From assembly GCF_018350175.1 (NCBI RefSeq), contig NC_058368.1, positions 90,832,001-90,896,000 on the forward strand: a DNA stretch of 64,000 nt. Direction: 5' to 3'. Source of the DNA: Felis catus. Its lineage: Eukaryota. A program made the translations under genes and the position numbers. Shown here one piece after another: positions 1 through 12,550 of this stretch. The stretch's first letter is position 1. Each line of letters starts with the position of its first letter. The notes beneath the pieces were generated by a model that saw only the letters and a list, made by a program, of their open reading frames with translations, was not told the DNA's origin and did no database searches.

Positions 1-140
1 TGTTAAGCTAAAAATACGCACTAACTTTAACCTGGCAATCCCACCCTGGGGATTGTATCCTACAGAAATAAAAGTACCAGTATACAAGGAATTGGGGATA
101 TTTATTACAGGGCTGCTGGTAGTAACATGCGCACGTTGTG

Positions 141-185
<45 letters not shown>

Positions 186-370
186 CTACAACCAATCTAA
201 AGATGTCAATAAACACGGGAGTTGGACAAATTGCTGCTATGGGCTTTTAAGCAGCTGTTGCAAGAAAGCAGTAGGTCCCTTTAGCTACTGTCCTGCAGGG
301 ATGTCCATAATGTATTAGCAAGTGAGAACTGTTAGTTGCTGATATGTGTGATATAATTCCATTTTTGGCA
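1..370 (+). mobile_element. Old L1 (L1M-type) 3' fragment with embedded (CA)n at 141-182
   Basis: aatcccaccctgggg...tatcctacagaaataaaa...atatttattacag resembles the L1M ORF2-end/3'UTR. Confidence 0.55.
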
Positions 371-826
371 AATAAACCTGCCCAAACCCTCCCGTGTCTG
401 AGTGGGTGGGCTGTGCCTGGGCCCAGGGTCACAGGGGGTGAGGGTGGGATATAGAGAGAGACAAAAGAGGCAGGTGGCCTTGAGGGGGGCAAGGAGATGC
501 CCAGCTTGGTGTCTGAGATTGTACTCTAAAAGGAGTTAAGTGTAGCCACTGGGGCCAGGGTGGGTCTAGCACCGGCTGACCTGACCCAGCCCCAGTGCTC
601 CCCTCTCCCCACAGGGCAATGGTGGTTCTGGAGGAGGGCTGGGCTGGCTGGTGGTATGTGGGTGTTCATGAGGCAGGCAAAGTCAAGGTTGTAACTTTGA
701 CCTTCGGCTCCTATTTGATCTGGGATAGTTCCTCACTTGCTTATTAAACTGGTGTTGCATGGGATTTTATATCATGCTTACCCGGGACCCAGTAGAGACG
801 AATAATTAGCTGGTTAGTTTGCCCAT

Positions 827-1035
827 TATTAGGGATGAATTTTATCCCTTCATTCTCCTCCCCCCCATCATTCATATGTTGAAGCCCCAAGCCCCTTGGT
901 GACTATATTTGGAGATAGGGCCTTAAAGAAGTAATTAAGGTTAAATGAGGTCATGAGGGTGGGCCCTGGTCTGATAGAACTTGTGCCTTTATAAAAGAGG
1001 AAGAGACACCAGAGATGGTTCTCTCTCTCTCTCTC

Positions 1036-1068
<33 letters not shown>

Positions 1069-1256
1069 ACATGGAGAAGAGGCCACATCAGGGCACAGAG
1101 AGAAGGTGGCTATCTGCAAGCCAGTAAGAGGCCTCACCAGAACCTGACAGCTTGATCTCAGACTTCCAGCTTTCAGAGCTGTGAGAAAATAAATTACTGT
1201 CATGTAAGCCCCCCAGTTTGTAGTATTTTGTTGTGGCAGCCCGAGTTGACTAAACT
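827..1256 (+). mobile_element. MaLR LTR (MLT1A/B-like) with internal (TC)n(TG)n
   Basis: Motifs ttcatatgttgaag, tttggagatagggcc, ttaaatgaggtcatgagggtgggccct, atctgcaagccag, gacttccagc...ctgtgagaaaataaat. Confidence 0.85.
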
Positions 1257-1288
1257 GGACAATCCAGGTTCTAAGAATTAACTTGTCA

Positions 1289-1490
1289 GGGGTGCCTGGG
1301 TGGCTTAGTTGGTTAAGTGTCCAACTCTTGGTTTCAGCTCTGGTCATGATCTTACCATTTGTGAGGTGGAGCCCTGGGTTGGGCTCTGTGCTGGCAGTGT
1401 GGAGCCTGCTTGGGATTCTCTCCCTCTCTGCTCCTCCCCGGCTCATGCCGGCCCCCCACCCCATAAATAAGTAAATAAACTTTAAAAAAG
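1289..1490 (+). mobile_element. Can-SINE (SINEC_Fc-like)
   Basis: ggggtgcctgggtggcttagttggttaag head, CT tract, A tail; TSD gaattaactt at 1275-1284 and 1491-1500. Confidence 0.92.
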
Positions 1491-1863
1491 GAATTAACTT
1501 CTTTTGTGACTTAACAGGCATACTCTGAGTTGGAGTTGTTAGGGGACACTTACTGATTTCTGACCACTTATACCCTATCTCTGTGGGTCATGTAGTTGGG
1601 ATGAAGCTGATCCAGCTCTGGCTTCAGGGGCAGATCACATGGCCCAGGCCTGCCCACCTGGGCAATTTCATCATCTTGACCATGGGATGGGTTCAGGGAT
1701 GGGCACCTGACCCTTTTTGGGCCTGTCAGAGACCTGGGACTCAGTGTGAGATCTTGGGGAAGCAATCTGGTTTCCCTCAGGGCTTGAGGCTGTGTGAAGG
1801 TAAAGCCAGACCTTCAGCAGCCCTCCTAGCACCATGAGGAGACTTCCTGTGGTAATCCAAGGG

Positions 1864-2458
1864 AGCAACCGAAGGAAGGGGGAAAATTTGGAGGGACAGA
1901 AACTGGGTTCCGGGGACATTATTTCAGATGTCCAGGGCCAAACTATTTCTCGATTTTTAATTTTGTGTCCCACATTTTCCCTTAAGCTCTTCTGTCCAGC
2001 TTATCTCTTAACTCAGGGAAATGAGAAGCGAAACTGCCCCTCAAGCAACAGTGACCGCCCTGGCCCAGACCACCCAGACCAGTTTGAGCTTAAGCCCTTA
2101 TTCATGGACCATGAAGTGACCTCTAGAATGACCGACAGTTACCTTCACCTCATTAGAATAGTACAATCTCGGCCCAAGGAGAAGCTCAAGCTTTATTTAT
2201 ATAATGTACCATGTGTGTATACCCAAGTTTCCTTAAGGCTCACACATGACCTTATGCCTGCTTCTACATATGATGACAAGCCTTCCCTATCTAAGTATTC
2301 ATCCTAACCCATCCATCCTTGCTCTGGGGGTCATGGCTTTGGAAGTTATTCTCCTGTGATATCCCCATTTGCTGAAAATAAAGTTTTCTATGTGTGACGA
2401 CTCAACAGGGTGCAGTTTCTGAGTCACCAAAGAGCAAGCTCACATTGGTTTGGTTACA
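1864..2458 (+). mobile_element. Probable ERV solo LTR (family not assigned)
   Basis: Ends in ttggtttggttaca (LTR-type CA end), AATAAA at 2377-2382 about 75 nt from the end, LTR-like composition; 5' boundary uncertain. Confidence 0.5.
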
Positions 2459-3124
2459 CAGTCAGCCCAAGTCAGTTTTTGTCACTTTCTGTGTAACCAT
2501 GAGTGATTCACCCAGTCTTGTCAACCTCTGACCCTTCGTGTGGCTGGGCAGGACCTCTTTGCTGTCCTGGGACCGGGTCTGACACAAAGTGGGCTCCCCA
2601 CTTATCTCGGGAATAGTTTTGGTCCCCTGGGTTGTCTCCCTGGCTTCCAGACCCAGAACTGAGAACTGCCTCCAGCCTCCCAGAGCTTTGCAGGAGGAGG
2701 AGGACACGTTGCGTGTGGGGGGGGGGGGTGTAGGGAGGGGAGATGTATCAGAGCATTTACCTCCAGGAAGGCAAGCTGAGCGTTGAATCTCTATGGCCCA
2801 ACTTTAATTTAACTGACAATTTAAAAAATCAAAACCAGCATCTGGGGCATTTAGAATGTCTGTCTTCCCAGTTTAATTTCACGGGGATCGTGTTATGGCT
2901 TTTGATAAAATGTTTCATTTTAAAGGACTGGTTTCATCAAAGCAGGGCTTTTCCTTTACAGGGTCAGCTTCACCGATAAAAGACATTTTCATTAGGGAAA
3001 AGCGGTGCCTGGCTTGGACTTAATTGTAGGTTCAGAGAACAGAGAGGAAATGCCTGTGCCTTTTGGTGATCTTTTGTGGTCCCCGAGGAGGCAATGTAGC
3101 TGAAACCTGGAGTCATTTCTTTTT

Positions 3125-3127
<3 letters not shown>

Positions 3128-3170
<43 letters not shown>

Positions 3171-3348
3171 AAGTTTATTTATTTTGAAAGAGAGAGATCA
3201 CAAGTAGGGTAGGGACAGAGGGAGAGGGGAGAGAAAGAATCCCAAGCAGGCTCCTCACTCTCAGGGCTCCACCTCATGAACTGCAAGATCATGACCTGAG
3301 CTGAAACCAAGAGTCGGACACTTAACTGACTGAGCCACCCAGGCGCCC
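3128..3348 (-). mobile_element. Can-SINE with (TA)n-expanded tail
   Basis: Reverse-strand head tgagccacccaggcgccc; poly-T/(TA)n tail. Confidence 0.92.
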
Positions 3349-3544
3349 TGGAATAATTTGTTGAATGCACAGTGCCTGTTCATGCCTCCAGCCCATGCTG
3401 CCGCCTCTTCCTGGAGGCCCTCCCTCTGCTCTTTGCAGACAAGGCCCCCACACTTGCTGAGTTGCCTCTTCCTATTCTGGGGGTGGTCTTGGACAACTCT
3501 CATGTCTTTGCCAGAGACAAAGACTGGTTGCAAGGACGGTATAC

Positions 3545-4137
3545 ATATGACCTTATTAGGCAGAGTTCTTTGCAGATACAATTAAGCTGAAGACTTTGAG
3601 ATGAGGAGATTATCATGGATTGTATGAGTGGACCCTAAATGCAATCACAAGTGTCTTGTGAGAGAGAGAGATAGAGTGAGAGCAAGGACAGAGAGAGAGG
3701 GAGACAGCATCTGAAGCAGGCTCCAGGCTCTGAGCTGTCAGCACCCAGCCCGACCCGGGGTTCTAACCCATGAACCGCAAGATCAGGACCTGAGGCAAAG
3801 TCGGATGCTCAAACCAACTGAGCTGTCCAGGTACCCTACAAGTATCTTTATAAGAAGGAGGCTGAGGGAGACTTGACCCAAACACACATGGAAGAGAAGG
3901 AGGTCATGTGACCAGGAAGCAGAGATTGGGGTGATGTGGTCACAAGCCAAAGAATGCTGGGAGTCACCAGAAACTGGGAGAGACAAGGAACGGATTTTTC
4001 CCTGGAGCCTCTGAAGGGAGTGTGGTCCTGCTGACACCTTGATTTCGTCCTTCAGAACTGGGAGAGAAGACTCTTCTGTTGCCGTAAGCCACCTGTTGGG
4101 TGGTGATTCACTGCAGCAGACACAGGATACTAACACA
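3545..4137 (+). mobile_element. MaLR LTR (MLT1C/D-like), interrupted by a SINE
   Basis: ctttgcagat...attaag...tgagatgaggagattatc; gcagagattggggtgatg...caagccaaagaatgc; ctgctgacaccttgattt; ends actaacaca. Confidence 0.85.
3658..3837 (-). mobile_element. Can-SINE lacking an A-tail
   Basis: SINE body and GA tract; TSD acaagt(g/a)tctt at 3647-3657 and 3838-3848. Confidence 0.88.
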
Positions 4138-4489
4138 GAAGGGAAACCCCATCTGAACTGTCATGAGCAAACCAGAGACTTTGTGTTGAGGATGGGGGTG
4201 GAGATAATCCATGAAATCCTGAGTGGAAAGAACATTCTGGCCTCTTATGTGTTGGGAGCAGGACCAGGGAGCTTACAGCCCTTTTCCTGCATCCATCTTG
4301 CTCCCCTCTCTGTCTGGTCTCCTCGTGCATCACCTGACCTCATTCTCATCTATCTACATGGAGAAAACAGTGGGAGTTTCACAGGGAGGAAATACTTGCT
4401 TTGTCTTCATGGGATTTGGGATCATCTCACTTGTTACAGGTAGCACTTTCAAAATATGAAAAAATGTCAAATAAGGAAAACTCAGTCTA

Positions 4490-4838
4490 AGATGTGTTGG
4501 ATCACCTCCTCACACATCCCTATGTCTACACCTCGTACCTGGTGACTTTTTGCAACTTCTCCCTCTAGAATTGAGTGGGTGTCCCACCTCATTCATGTGG
4601 TTCTCCCAGCCCATGGAATCTGGGTGGAAGTGACTGTGCTGGTTTCGAGCCCAGGATTTAAGCTTTCATGCTCATCCTTCTAGAAGCTTCTGGCCTCCTC
4701 CATGAGATAAGCTTCCTTTGGGAGCTTCATGTGGTCCCCTCAGCCTGGATCCCAGGATGTGGTAGAGCTGTGAGCCTGAGCATACATTATTTAAAAAAAA
4801 TTTAAATAAAAAAATTAAAAAAATTTTTTTAATGTTTA

Positions 4839-4904
<66 letters not shown>

Positions 4905-5156
4905 CAAGTAGGGGAAGGGCAGAAAGAGAGGGAGACACAGAATCTGAAGCAGGCTTTAGCTTCTGAGCTGTCAGCACAGAACCTGATGCGGGGCTCCAAC
5001 TCACAAACCATGAGATCATGACCTGAGCTGAAGTTCGGCGCTTGACTGACTGAGCCACACAGGCGCCCCCTGAGCATACATTATTATTGATCTAAGTTGT
5101 GAGGTTCTTAGGTGGTTTAGTATGCAGTGTTAGCACAGCAGTGGGTAACTGCTACA
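4490..5156 (+). mobile_element. MaLR 5' LTR (older MLT1 G/H/I-like), interrupted by a SINE
   Basis: ggaagtgactgtgc...ttcgagcccagg; ccatgag...ggtcccctcagcctggatcccag; ends gtaactgctaca directly before internal sequence. Confidence 0.7.
4792..5070 (-). mobile_element. Can-SINE with (TG)n(GA)n tract
   Basis: 15-bp TSD tgagcatacattatt at 4777-4791 and 5071-5085. Confidence 0.95.
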
Positions 5157-6500
5157 GAAAGTGGTACCTAGAACAGAAACCTGAGGCATGTGGCTTTGGA
5201 ACAGAAACTGTCTGGAGGCTAGACATTGTCTAGGAGGCTAGAAAAATGACACTCTGTGCAATGGAGCAGTGGAACATTTGTTGAAACTTGCAATAGGTTA
5301 GAAAAAAAATCCTTGCAATAAGCTGGAAGTTGGAAGGCCTTCCTGGCCTCGGGCTTGCAACGTCCAGGTAGAATGTTGCAGTCACAGTGGGCTCCTGTTG
5401 CCAGAATTTGGTCTGGAACCACAAAGAAGAGACAGCTCAGGAACAATCTGGCCAGGTCTCAGAAAGAATTGAGAGAGTACAAAGAGTCTGGAAAATCTGG
5501 GACTTGCTGGGTTGAAAAATAAAACTATTTTTAGGAGCACCTGGGTAGCTCAGTTGGGTAAGCATCCAACTTCAGCTCAGGTCATGATCTCATGGTTCAT
5601 GAATTCAAGCTCTGCGTTGGGCTCTGTGCTGAAAGCTCAGAGCCTGGACCCTGTTTGGGATTCCATGTCTCCCTCTCTCTTTGCCCCTCCCCTGCTCTCT
5701 CTCTTGCTCTCTCGAAAATAAACATTTTTTTAAAAAGGAAATTTTATTTCTAATCTTCAGCTCTTCCGTTCAATAAAAAAACCCCTCAAATTAAGATATA
5801 TCCTTAGAGAAAAGTCAAATCAAGGGCATTACTGTTGAGATACAGTTTGGGGATGGACAGTGAATCAGAAGCATAGATTTCACACCCTGTGAAGGTATCT
5901 GAAAGAATTAAATGGTGCCTAGTAGTTACTAAAAAGATCAATAGTATAGTTCTGCTGCAGCCAGAACTACCCACAGTACCTGTAATTAAGTGCAGAGAGA
6001 GACACATCTTGAATTAGATTGTGCATATGGCTTTTAGCCCATGCAATGAAATACATAGGAAACTCACAATTTTTGAGAGAACTGTATTGGCAAAAGCCCA
6101 CCAATCTGGAGCCCAAAAGACTGAGACTATTCAAGAAGGGGGAAAAAATCTAGGGCCACTCATTTTTTATGAGCAAGATGCTGGCTGAGAAAACCTCCAG
6201 CTGCTATGAAGAGCATATTTTCCGGGGTCCTTCTCAGAAGTGACCAAGGAGAATTACTCCCAGAGAATAGAGCCAAGAGCCACTGACCAAAGAGGACTGA
6301 GGCTCCAGCCCAGGGAGAGGATCTGGACCCTAATTACAGAATATCACCTGATCCAGGGTAGAATTCCTGGCAATGTTTCTCCAACAGGGCTTAAGAGCTG
6401 CTCTGGATCGGTGGCTGATGCCATGATTGGTTGTCTTGGGAGGGAGCGAGTATATTTTGCAAGTGGGAGAGTCTTGCATAGTTGTGTCAAGAGGTCAGTC
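5157..6500 (+). mobile_element. MaLR internal region (MLT1-int-like)
   Basis: Begins gaaagtggtacc...tgtggctttggaac (typical MaLR-int start) and ends tatattttgcaagtgggag...gaggtcagtc|tg (typical int end). Confidence 0.65.
5534..5736 (+). mobile_element. Can-SINE
   Basis: ggagcacctgggtagctcagttgggtaag head, CT tract, A-rich tail. Confidence 0.92.
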
Positions 6501-6515
6501 TGTTAGATTATATCA

Positions 6516-6712
6516 TTTAAAAAAAATCTTTATTTATCTTTGATAGGGAATGAGTGTGAGCAGGGGAGGGGCAGAGAGAGAGAGAGGGATATGGAGGATC
6601 TGAAATGGGCTCTGTGCTGACAGCACGGAGACTGATGCGGAGCTTAAACTCATTAACTGAGAGATCATGACCTGAGCCGAAGTCGGATGCTTAACTGACT
6701 GAGTCATTCCCC
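6516..6712 (-). mobile_element. Can-SINE (degraded head)
   Basis: gagatcatgacctgagccgaagtcggatgcttaactgactgag core. Confidence 0.9.
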
Positions 6713-6720
6713 ACCCATGC

Positions 6721-7167
6721 TGTGGTAGTTTCCTAGGGCCTCCGTAACAAATTACCACATATCTGGATGGTTTAAAGCAAGAGAAATGTACTGCCTCACA
6801 GTTCTGGAGTCCAGAAATTTAAAATCAAGGTGTCAGTCAAATTGGTTTCTTCTCCGAAGGAGAATCTGTTTCAAGTCTCTTCTAGCTTCATGGAGGCTGG
6901 CAGCAACCCTTGGCATTTCTTGACTTGTAGACATCACTCCGCTCTCTACCTCTGTCATTGCATGGCGTTCTCCATGTGTTTGATCTCTGTGTCTCCACTT
7001 CCCTTCTTGCAAGGACACCATTCACACTGGGGTAGAGGCCCGTGCCAATCCGGTATGACTCATCTTACCCAATGACACCTGCAAAGACCACATTTCCAAG
7101 TCGGATCCCTCTCTGAGGTTCTGGGTGCACATGCATTTTGGGGGGAAACGCTATCCAGTCCAGGACA
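6721..7167 (-). mobile_element. MaLR LTR (MLT1C-like)
   Basis: agtttcctagggc...gtaacaaattaccac...tcacagttctggag...aaatcaaggtgtcag; aaggacacca...cattttggggggaaac. Confidence 0.85.
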
Positions 7168-7695
7168 CGTCCCTGTCTCCACATCCTCTGCCGTCTGCCT
7201 TTGCAGCTTCTCAGTCCAGGATGAAGAGGACATTTGCCCCGTTCGTGCAAACTGGACTATGTGTCTTGCCTAGCCGAGGGAACATGGGTGGAAGGGACAG
7301 TGTGCTGGTTTGGACCCTTGGCCTCAGAAGCATTGTGTATTCATGCTTACCATTCTAGAAGCTTCTGACTTTCTCCAGGTGGTGAGTTCCCCCCGGAGCT
7401 GCTGTCTCTGTGCCCTGGGCCCATGTGGAGCAGAGCTGCCCCAGTTTTCTCGCACACCTGCCCTGCCAAGAGAGTGCCTCAGCCAACCTGCAGAGCTGTG
7501 AACTCGGGGATCATTTTTTTTGCTTATGCCACTAGGTTCTAGGGAGGTTTGCGAGGCAAGCGTTAATTGCTTCAGGTGAGGAAGGGCAGAAATAGAGGGA
7601 ACAGCCTCTCCTAAGCTCTGCTCCAGCTGCGATGCTGAGATGTGAGCCCAATGTTGCCAGGGTGTTTTCTTGATCAAAAGGAGTCCAGAATCTAC

Positions 7696-7764
7696 ATTTT
7701 TTTTTAATTAAAAAATTTTTATTTATTTTTTTTGAGAGAGCATGAGGGGGAGGGGCATAGAGAC

Positions 7765-7827
<63 letters not shown>

Positions 7828-7953
7828 CCCAAGCAGGCTCCATGCTGTCAGTGCTGATCCAGATGCAGGGCTTGATCTCAGGAACCATGAGGTCATGACT
7901 TGAACCGAAATCAAGAGTCCGAAGCTTAGCTGACTGAGCCACCCAGGTGCTCC
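7696..7953 (-). mobile_element. Can-SINE with long (GA)n
   Basis: TSD-like ccagaa(t/c)ctacatttt on both sides. Confidence 0.93.
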
Positions 7954-8005
7954 CAGAACCTACATTTTCTAATTGGAACTCTCTTAATTTTTATAGTTAT
8001 ATATC

Positions 8006-8224
8006 TTATTCAATTTATTTTTATTTTATTTTGAGAGAGCGAGAGAGAGAAAAAGCACATGCACAAGGTGGGGAGGGGTAGAGACAGACAGGGAGAGAGA
8101 GAATCCCAAGAAGGCTCTGTGCTGTCAGCATGGAGCCCAACGTGGGGCTCGAACCCAGGAACTATGAGATAATGTCCTGAGCCGAAATCAAAAGGCTCAA
8201 CCGACTGAGCCACCCCGGCGCCCC
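8006..8224 (-). mobile_element. Can-SINE
   Basis: Reverse head ccgactgagccaccccggcgcccc. Confidence 0.92.
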
Positions 8225-8660
8225 TCATTTTTAAATTGAATCACTGTGCTGTCCAACCAAATACTCCGTGGGCAGGATTCTGCCCTGAAGCCTCCAGCCT
8301 GTGGCCTGGGGTTGCAGACTGGCAGGCCCTGGTGGGTCCCTCCTCTGCTCAGTTGCTTCCAGGCACAGGTGCCATTCTGGGAAGATGCTGGTTCCAGGAG
8401 GAGAAGGCCCTCCTGTGTGACTGGGAACCCACAGAACCCATGTGGGCCCAGCAGGAGCTTGGGACTCACAACGGGAGGAAGTGCAGGCTTGTCTCTGTGG
8501 ATGGTCCCGCACAAACAACAAGGCACTGTAGGGAACTTGTCATCTTGCTGCCTTTCTGCCCCTTACAAGGGCATCTCAGGTTATCCTGTTAAGAAATATT
8601 TGGCAAGAAGATTCCCACAGAGTTTCTTTTGCAAAAATGGTGGGGTTTTATGGATTGTTT

Positions 8661-8703
8661 AAAAACAAAACAAAACAAAACAAAATAAAAACAAAAACAA
8701 AAA
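8661..8703 (+). repeat. (AAAAC)n simple repeat
   Basis: Read directly. Confidence 0.9.
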
Positions 8704-9739
8704 CCCAGCGAAGAGGGAAATCAAACACTACCACGTTGAAATAGATTTTACTGGACAAATGTCTCCCTTTAAATTGAAATTGAGCCCAAGTTCTCCTACT
8801 CTCCCAGACTTCTAGAAGGTGGCATTCAAAATGTTTACACTTGTTTCATCTGCCTTTTTGCTAAGTCCTGGCCCCCACCTCCTTCCCCTGCTTTATACTT
8901 GACGTCTTCTTGCACACATATGCTCAACTTTATATTTACATATATCTAATTTTTATATGTGGCTTGTGAAATATGCCAGACAAAGAATGAAATAGTCCTG
9001 AAAACAGCTGGAAAATTATGCAACGGCAGGGAGATTGGGCACATGCACATTCTGTACTGCAAAGTTGCACAACAGACCAAGTTTGTTATAAGTGAGGCTG
9101 AGAGGCTTTTATTTTTTTTCTCCAGGATGACAGCTTGTTCGGTGGAGTAGGGCTTCTGCAGAAGGCGTTTCCTTAGGAGCTCCAGCTTCCCCCAGAGAGG
9201 AGGGTGAGGCTTGGGCTGCAGCAGTAACATAGAGGCCATGGCTCGGGGCAGGCTGCTGGAGGGGCCCAGGGGGCCAGTGAGGCCAAGGTTGAGGTCCAGT
9301 GAGGCCACGGTCTAAGGTTCAGCAAGGTGGAGGCCCAGGGTCCAGTGAGACCAAGTCCAGTTTCTAGCGAGGGGAGGTCTGGCTTTTTGGAGGCATCCAT
9401 TTCCCTGGTGCTATGTGACAGGAAATCTTGGCAGTCAGAGAGTCTTTCATGGACCTTGAGCCACATGGCCCTTCACTGCCTGCTGCCCCTAGAGCTCAGG
9501 GTTTGCCCAGGATGCTTCTGGCTCTGCAATTCTCAGGTCAGTCTTGTGCCCTGGGAGGATTCAGGAAAGTAAGGCCTTGGTCCCTCAGACCAGGGCTGGG
9601 CCATCCTTCGTGCCACCCAGCCCTGTGACCCTGCTGTTGCTCAGCTCTGCACCACATCGTCTTACAGGTTGGAGCCAGAAAAATGAAACCAGTGACACCT
9701 GTGATTGGGTTCATACTCTCAATCGCCAACATCAGGGGT

Positions 9740-10140
9740 AAGGGGAAGGCTTTACTGTGCTTACATAAAAAAGATCGGAGGGTCTCAGTGGACCTCAGGT
9801 ATAGCAGGGTGGCTGATAATGTGATTTGCCTGCTCAAAAATGGAAAACAACACTATGGCCAACAGTGACCTTCTGTCTGGGCTCTGTCTGAGATGCTGTG
9901 TGGAATAGGGGTCCGGCATGTGCTGGAGGAGGGGCTTCCTAATAGCGGGTCTTCAGAGCGGATCAAGAGGAGGACAGATACCATATACCACAGACCTATG
10001 GGGAAGGGGTCCTCTGCCTTGTGGCAGCTCAGCTCTTGGCACAGGGTTTAAGGATGCTCACGGGCACAGGGCAGGGCCCTTGGGTGTGGTAATGATGGGG
10101 AAAAGTTTAGTTCCTGTGCTCTGTGGAGGACCTTGAGAAC
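9740..10140 (+). mobile_element. Possible L3/CR1 LINE relic (further piece ~10900-11110)
   Basis: aaaaaagatcggagggtctcagtggac...tgtgatttgcctgctcaaaaa and ggcacagggtttaagga resemble CR1 ORF2 3' consensus; heavily diverged. Confidence 0.4.
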
Positions 10141-11378
10141 AGAAAGCCCACTGGGGGGTCTCAGCTGCCCCCAAACAAGCCAGCCAAGGCTCCCACCATC
10201 ATTACAACCCCTGGGGGAGCCGACAGCTTCTGTCCACAGCCCTCGTGGCCAGGGCAGCAAGGACATTCAGAGACTGCAGGCTGGCCAAGGCCAGGGAGCA
10301 GTTCACAGTGTGGACCCCGCCGAGGGTTGCTAAGGAGTCTGGGGCTCAGCTGAGAACTCAGGCTGCCCTGTTGCTGTGGTCGCTCAGAAAGGAGATGGGA
10401 AATCGCCGTTGGGGAACAGTGGCTGCCTGAGAGTCATCAGATTTCCTTTCTCATTTTCGGAAATGCAGTTAGGGAGGCCAGGGCGCTGCGTGGGCTCTGG
10501 AACGGGTGTCTGGGTCTCTGGGCGTTTGTGGGCTGGGGGTCAGTGTGCATCTACATGCCTGTTTGTGCACATGAACCACCATGCATGTGGTGTGTGTGTG
10601 TGTGTGTGCGTGCATGAAGGCACACGCATGTGCAAGTGAATGCTCTTGCCTCCTGGCTTTTGGGACAGTTGCTCATGAGGTGCCCTGAATTAGCTTCCTG
10701 CTTTCCATTTATATGAAGTTGTTGGCAAACCCCTAGACGTTGAGATAGCAGGGTCCTCCTGTGGCAACAACCCCCCCCGCCGCCCCCACCAGCCCACGCC
10801 CCCTCCACCCCGACTCCCAGTGGCCTGTGCTTTCAGACTCGTGTCTGGAGGGCCCTGTATCCTCAGATGGGGTGGGAAGGGAAAGGGTGGTGGCCATCTC
10901 TTGGTGAGCAGTAAGGAGCCACTGGTACTATGTGGGGACTGTGAAAGGAACATTTTGGAAAGTTCCAGCAATCTGGAGCTGTTGTGGAGGTCCCGATATG
11001 CGATCATAGAGAAGCTGGGGGGTGGTGGTGACATAGAGGCTGGTTGTGCTGGAGAGCTGGCTGAGTCACCCCTGGGGCCATCCAAGGGTCCCTCTCCCCA
11101 TCTGAAGAAGGCAGAAGTGGGCTCTGAGGACAGTGAGAGTGGGGTTGTGTGGCCCCTGTGTGTTACCCTGCTTCAGCCTGTGGCCAGTGTGGCCAGATGT
11201 GCTCTATTCCTCACCCCCTCTCCCCGCCTCCCACCAAGAGAAGCCATGGATGCATATTTTCATGGGAAATCTTTTGATTAAAAAAAAATCTTAGCAAATA
11301 ATTCTAGTTGAAAAACAAAAGTCTATAGGCTAAAATTAGCATGCTGCCCCTTATGCATCATACTTTAGGGTATTTGAG

Positions 11379-11409
11379 TTAAAAAAGTTTTTTTAATGTT
11401 TTATTTATT

Positions 11410-11461
<52 letters not shown>

Positions 11462-11619
11462 GGGGAGGGGCAGAGAGAGAGAGAGATACAGAATCTGAAG
11501 CAGGCTCCAGGCTCTGAGCTGTTAGCACAGAGCCCAACGTGGGCCTCGAGCTCATGAACCATGAGATCATGCCCTGAGCTGGTTAGATGCTTAACTGACT
11601 GAGCCACCCAGGTGCCCCC
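11379..11619 (-). mobile_element. Can-SINE with (GA)n
   Basis: Full body and reverse head gagccacccaggtgccccc. Confidence 0.93.
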
Positions 11620-11769
11620 TAGAATGCTTGCATTTATAAGCAACAGCTAACGACTGCTATTTTAGGCAAAGAGCAGGGATGCTTGGGTCTGAACTCCAGA
11701 AGGGCAGGGGTTCTGGAGAAGCACCCTTGTGGGCAGTGAGTGCTCAGGTTCTTGTGGGAGTCAGTGGGG

Positions 11770-11915
11770 TCCCATTCGGCTCTATTCCCCTGGGGACTAT
11801 CGTCCCAGAGCTTGGGCTTCCTCATCTGAAGGTGGGAATGTTGCAGTCCCACCTTGTGGGATGTTATGATGGTCAAGGGAAATAGTTTACCTAAGAACTT
11901 TGCTAAGTCACCAGC
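11770..11915 (+). mobile_element. MIR fragment
   Basis: Core gcttcctcatctgaaggtgggaatg...ccaccttgtgggatgttatga. Confidence 0.65.
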
Positions 11916-12159
11916 AGAGTAGACCCTGTGTCACACTGACCCCTGTGGGGAGAGAAAACTGTGGGGCCCAGCCTGGAGAGTCATCTGTGACCAGGGCAGA
12001 TGGGGATCATCACGGGGCATAGATATGTGTGACCCTTCTCCTGAGAAGGGAGCTGGGAAGCCTCTGACCACTGTCCTGGTGAGGGCTCCCAGTTCCCAGA
12101 GTGTTTTGGGATGAACATGATTTTTCTTCATTCTCTTGTTGATATTGTGCCCTTAGAAC

Positions 12160-12550
12160 AAAATGCAACCTCTGTCTGAGACCTGCAAGGCCTCCCTGGT
12201 TACCTGTTTCACTTCAAATCTTCCTTCTTTTCCTTCTTTTATCACTGTAGGCTTTGCTGCCCTTCTTTCCCTGGAAGAGAGAAAGCTCTTTCCTGCTGCA
12301 GGGCCTTTGCATGTGCTGGTCTCTCTGCTTGAGATGCTCATTGCTTAGACTGCCCATTCCCAGTAACTTCTCTCTGATTGGCTTTTAGGTGAAACCTACC
12401 CTCACCTTTCCCCTCCTTGTTCCATGTGTTTGATACCACGGGCCTCTTTTTCTTTTCTTCATAGCATCTATCTTTGGAAATTATCTTATTGTGCTGATTT
12501 GTTCTGCAAATATTTACTGAGCATCTACTATGTGCTGGGCAGTGCTTTGT
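12160..12550. mobile_element. L2 3' fragments
   Basis: cagggcctttgcatgtgctg...ctctgcttg; atttactgagcatctactatgtgctgggc. Confidence 0.6.

Noticed and set aside
1289..1380. tRNA-like sequences with A/B boxes
   Set aside because: These are tRNA-derived SINE heads followed by CT tract and A tail, not tRNA genes.
4672..5077. Recurrent ORFs such as MAQSVKRPTSAQVMIS... across the window
   Set aside because: Translations of Can-SINE consensus, not genes.
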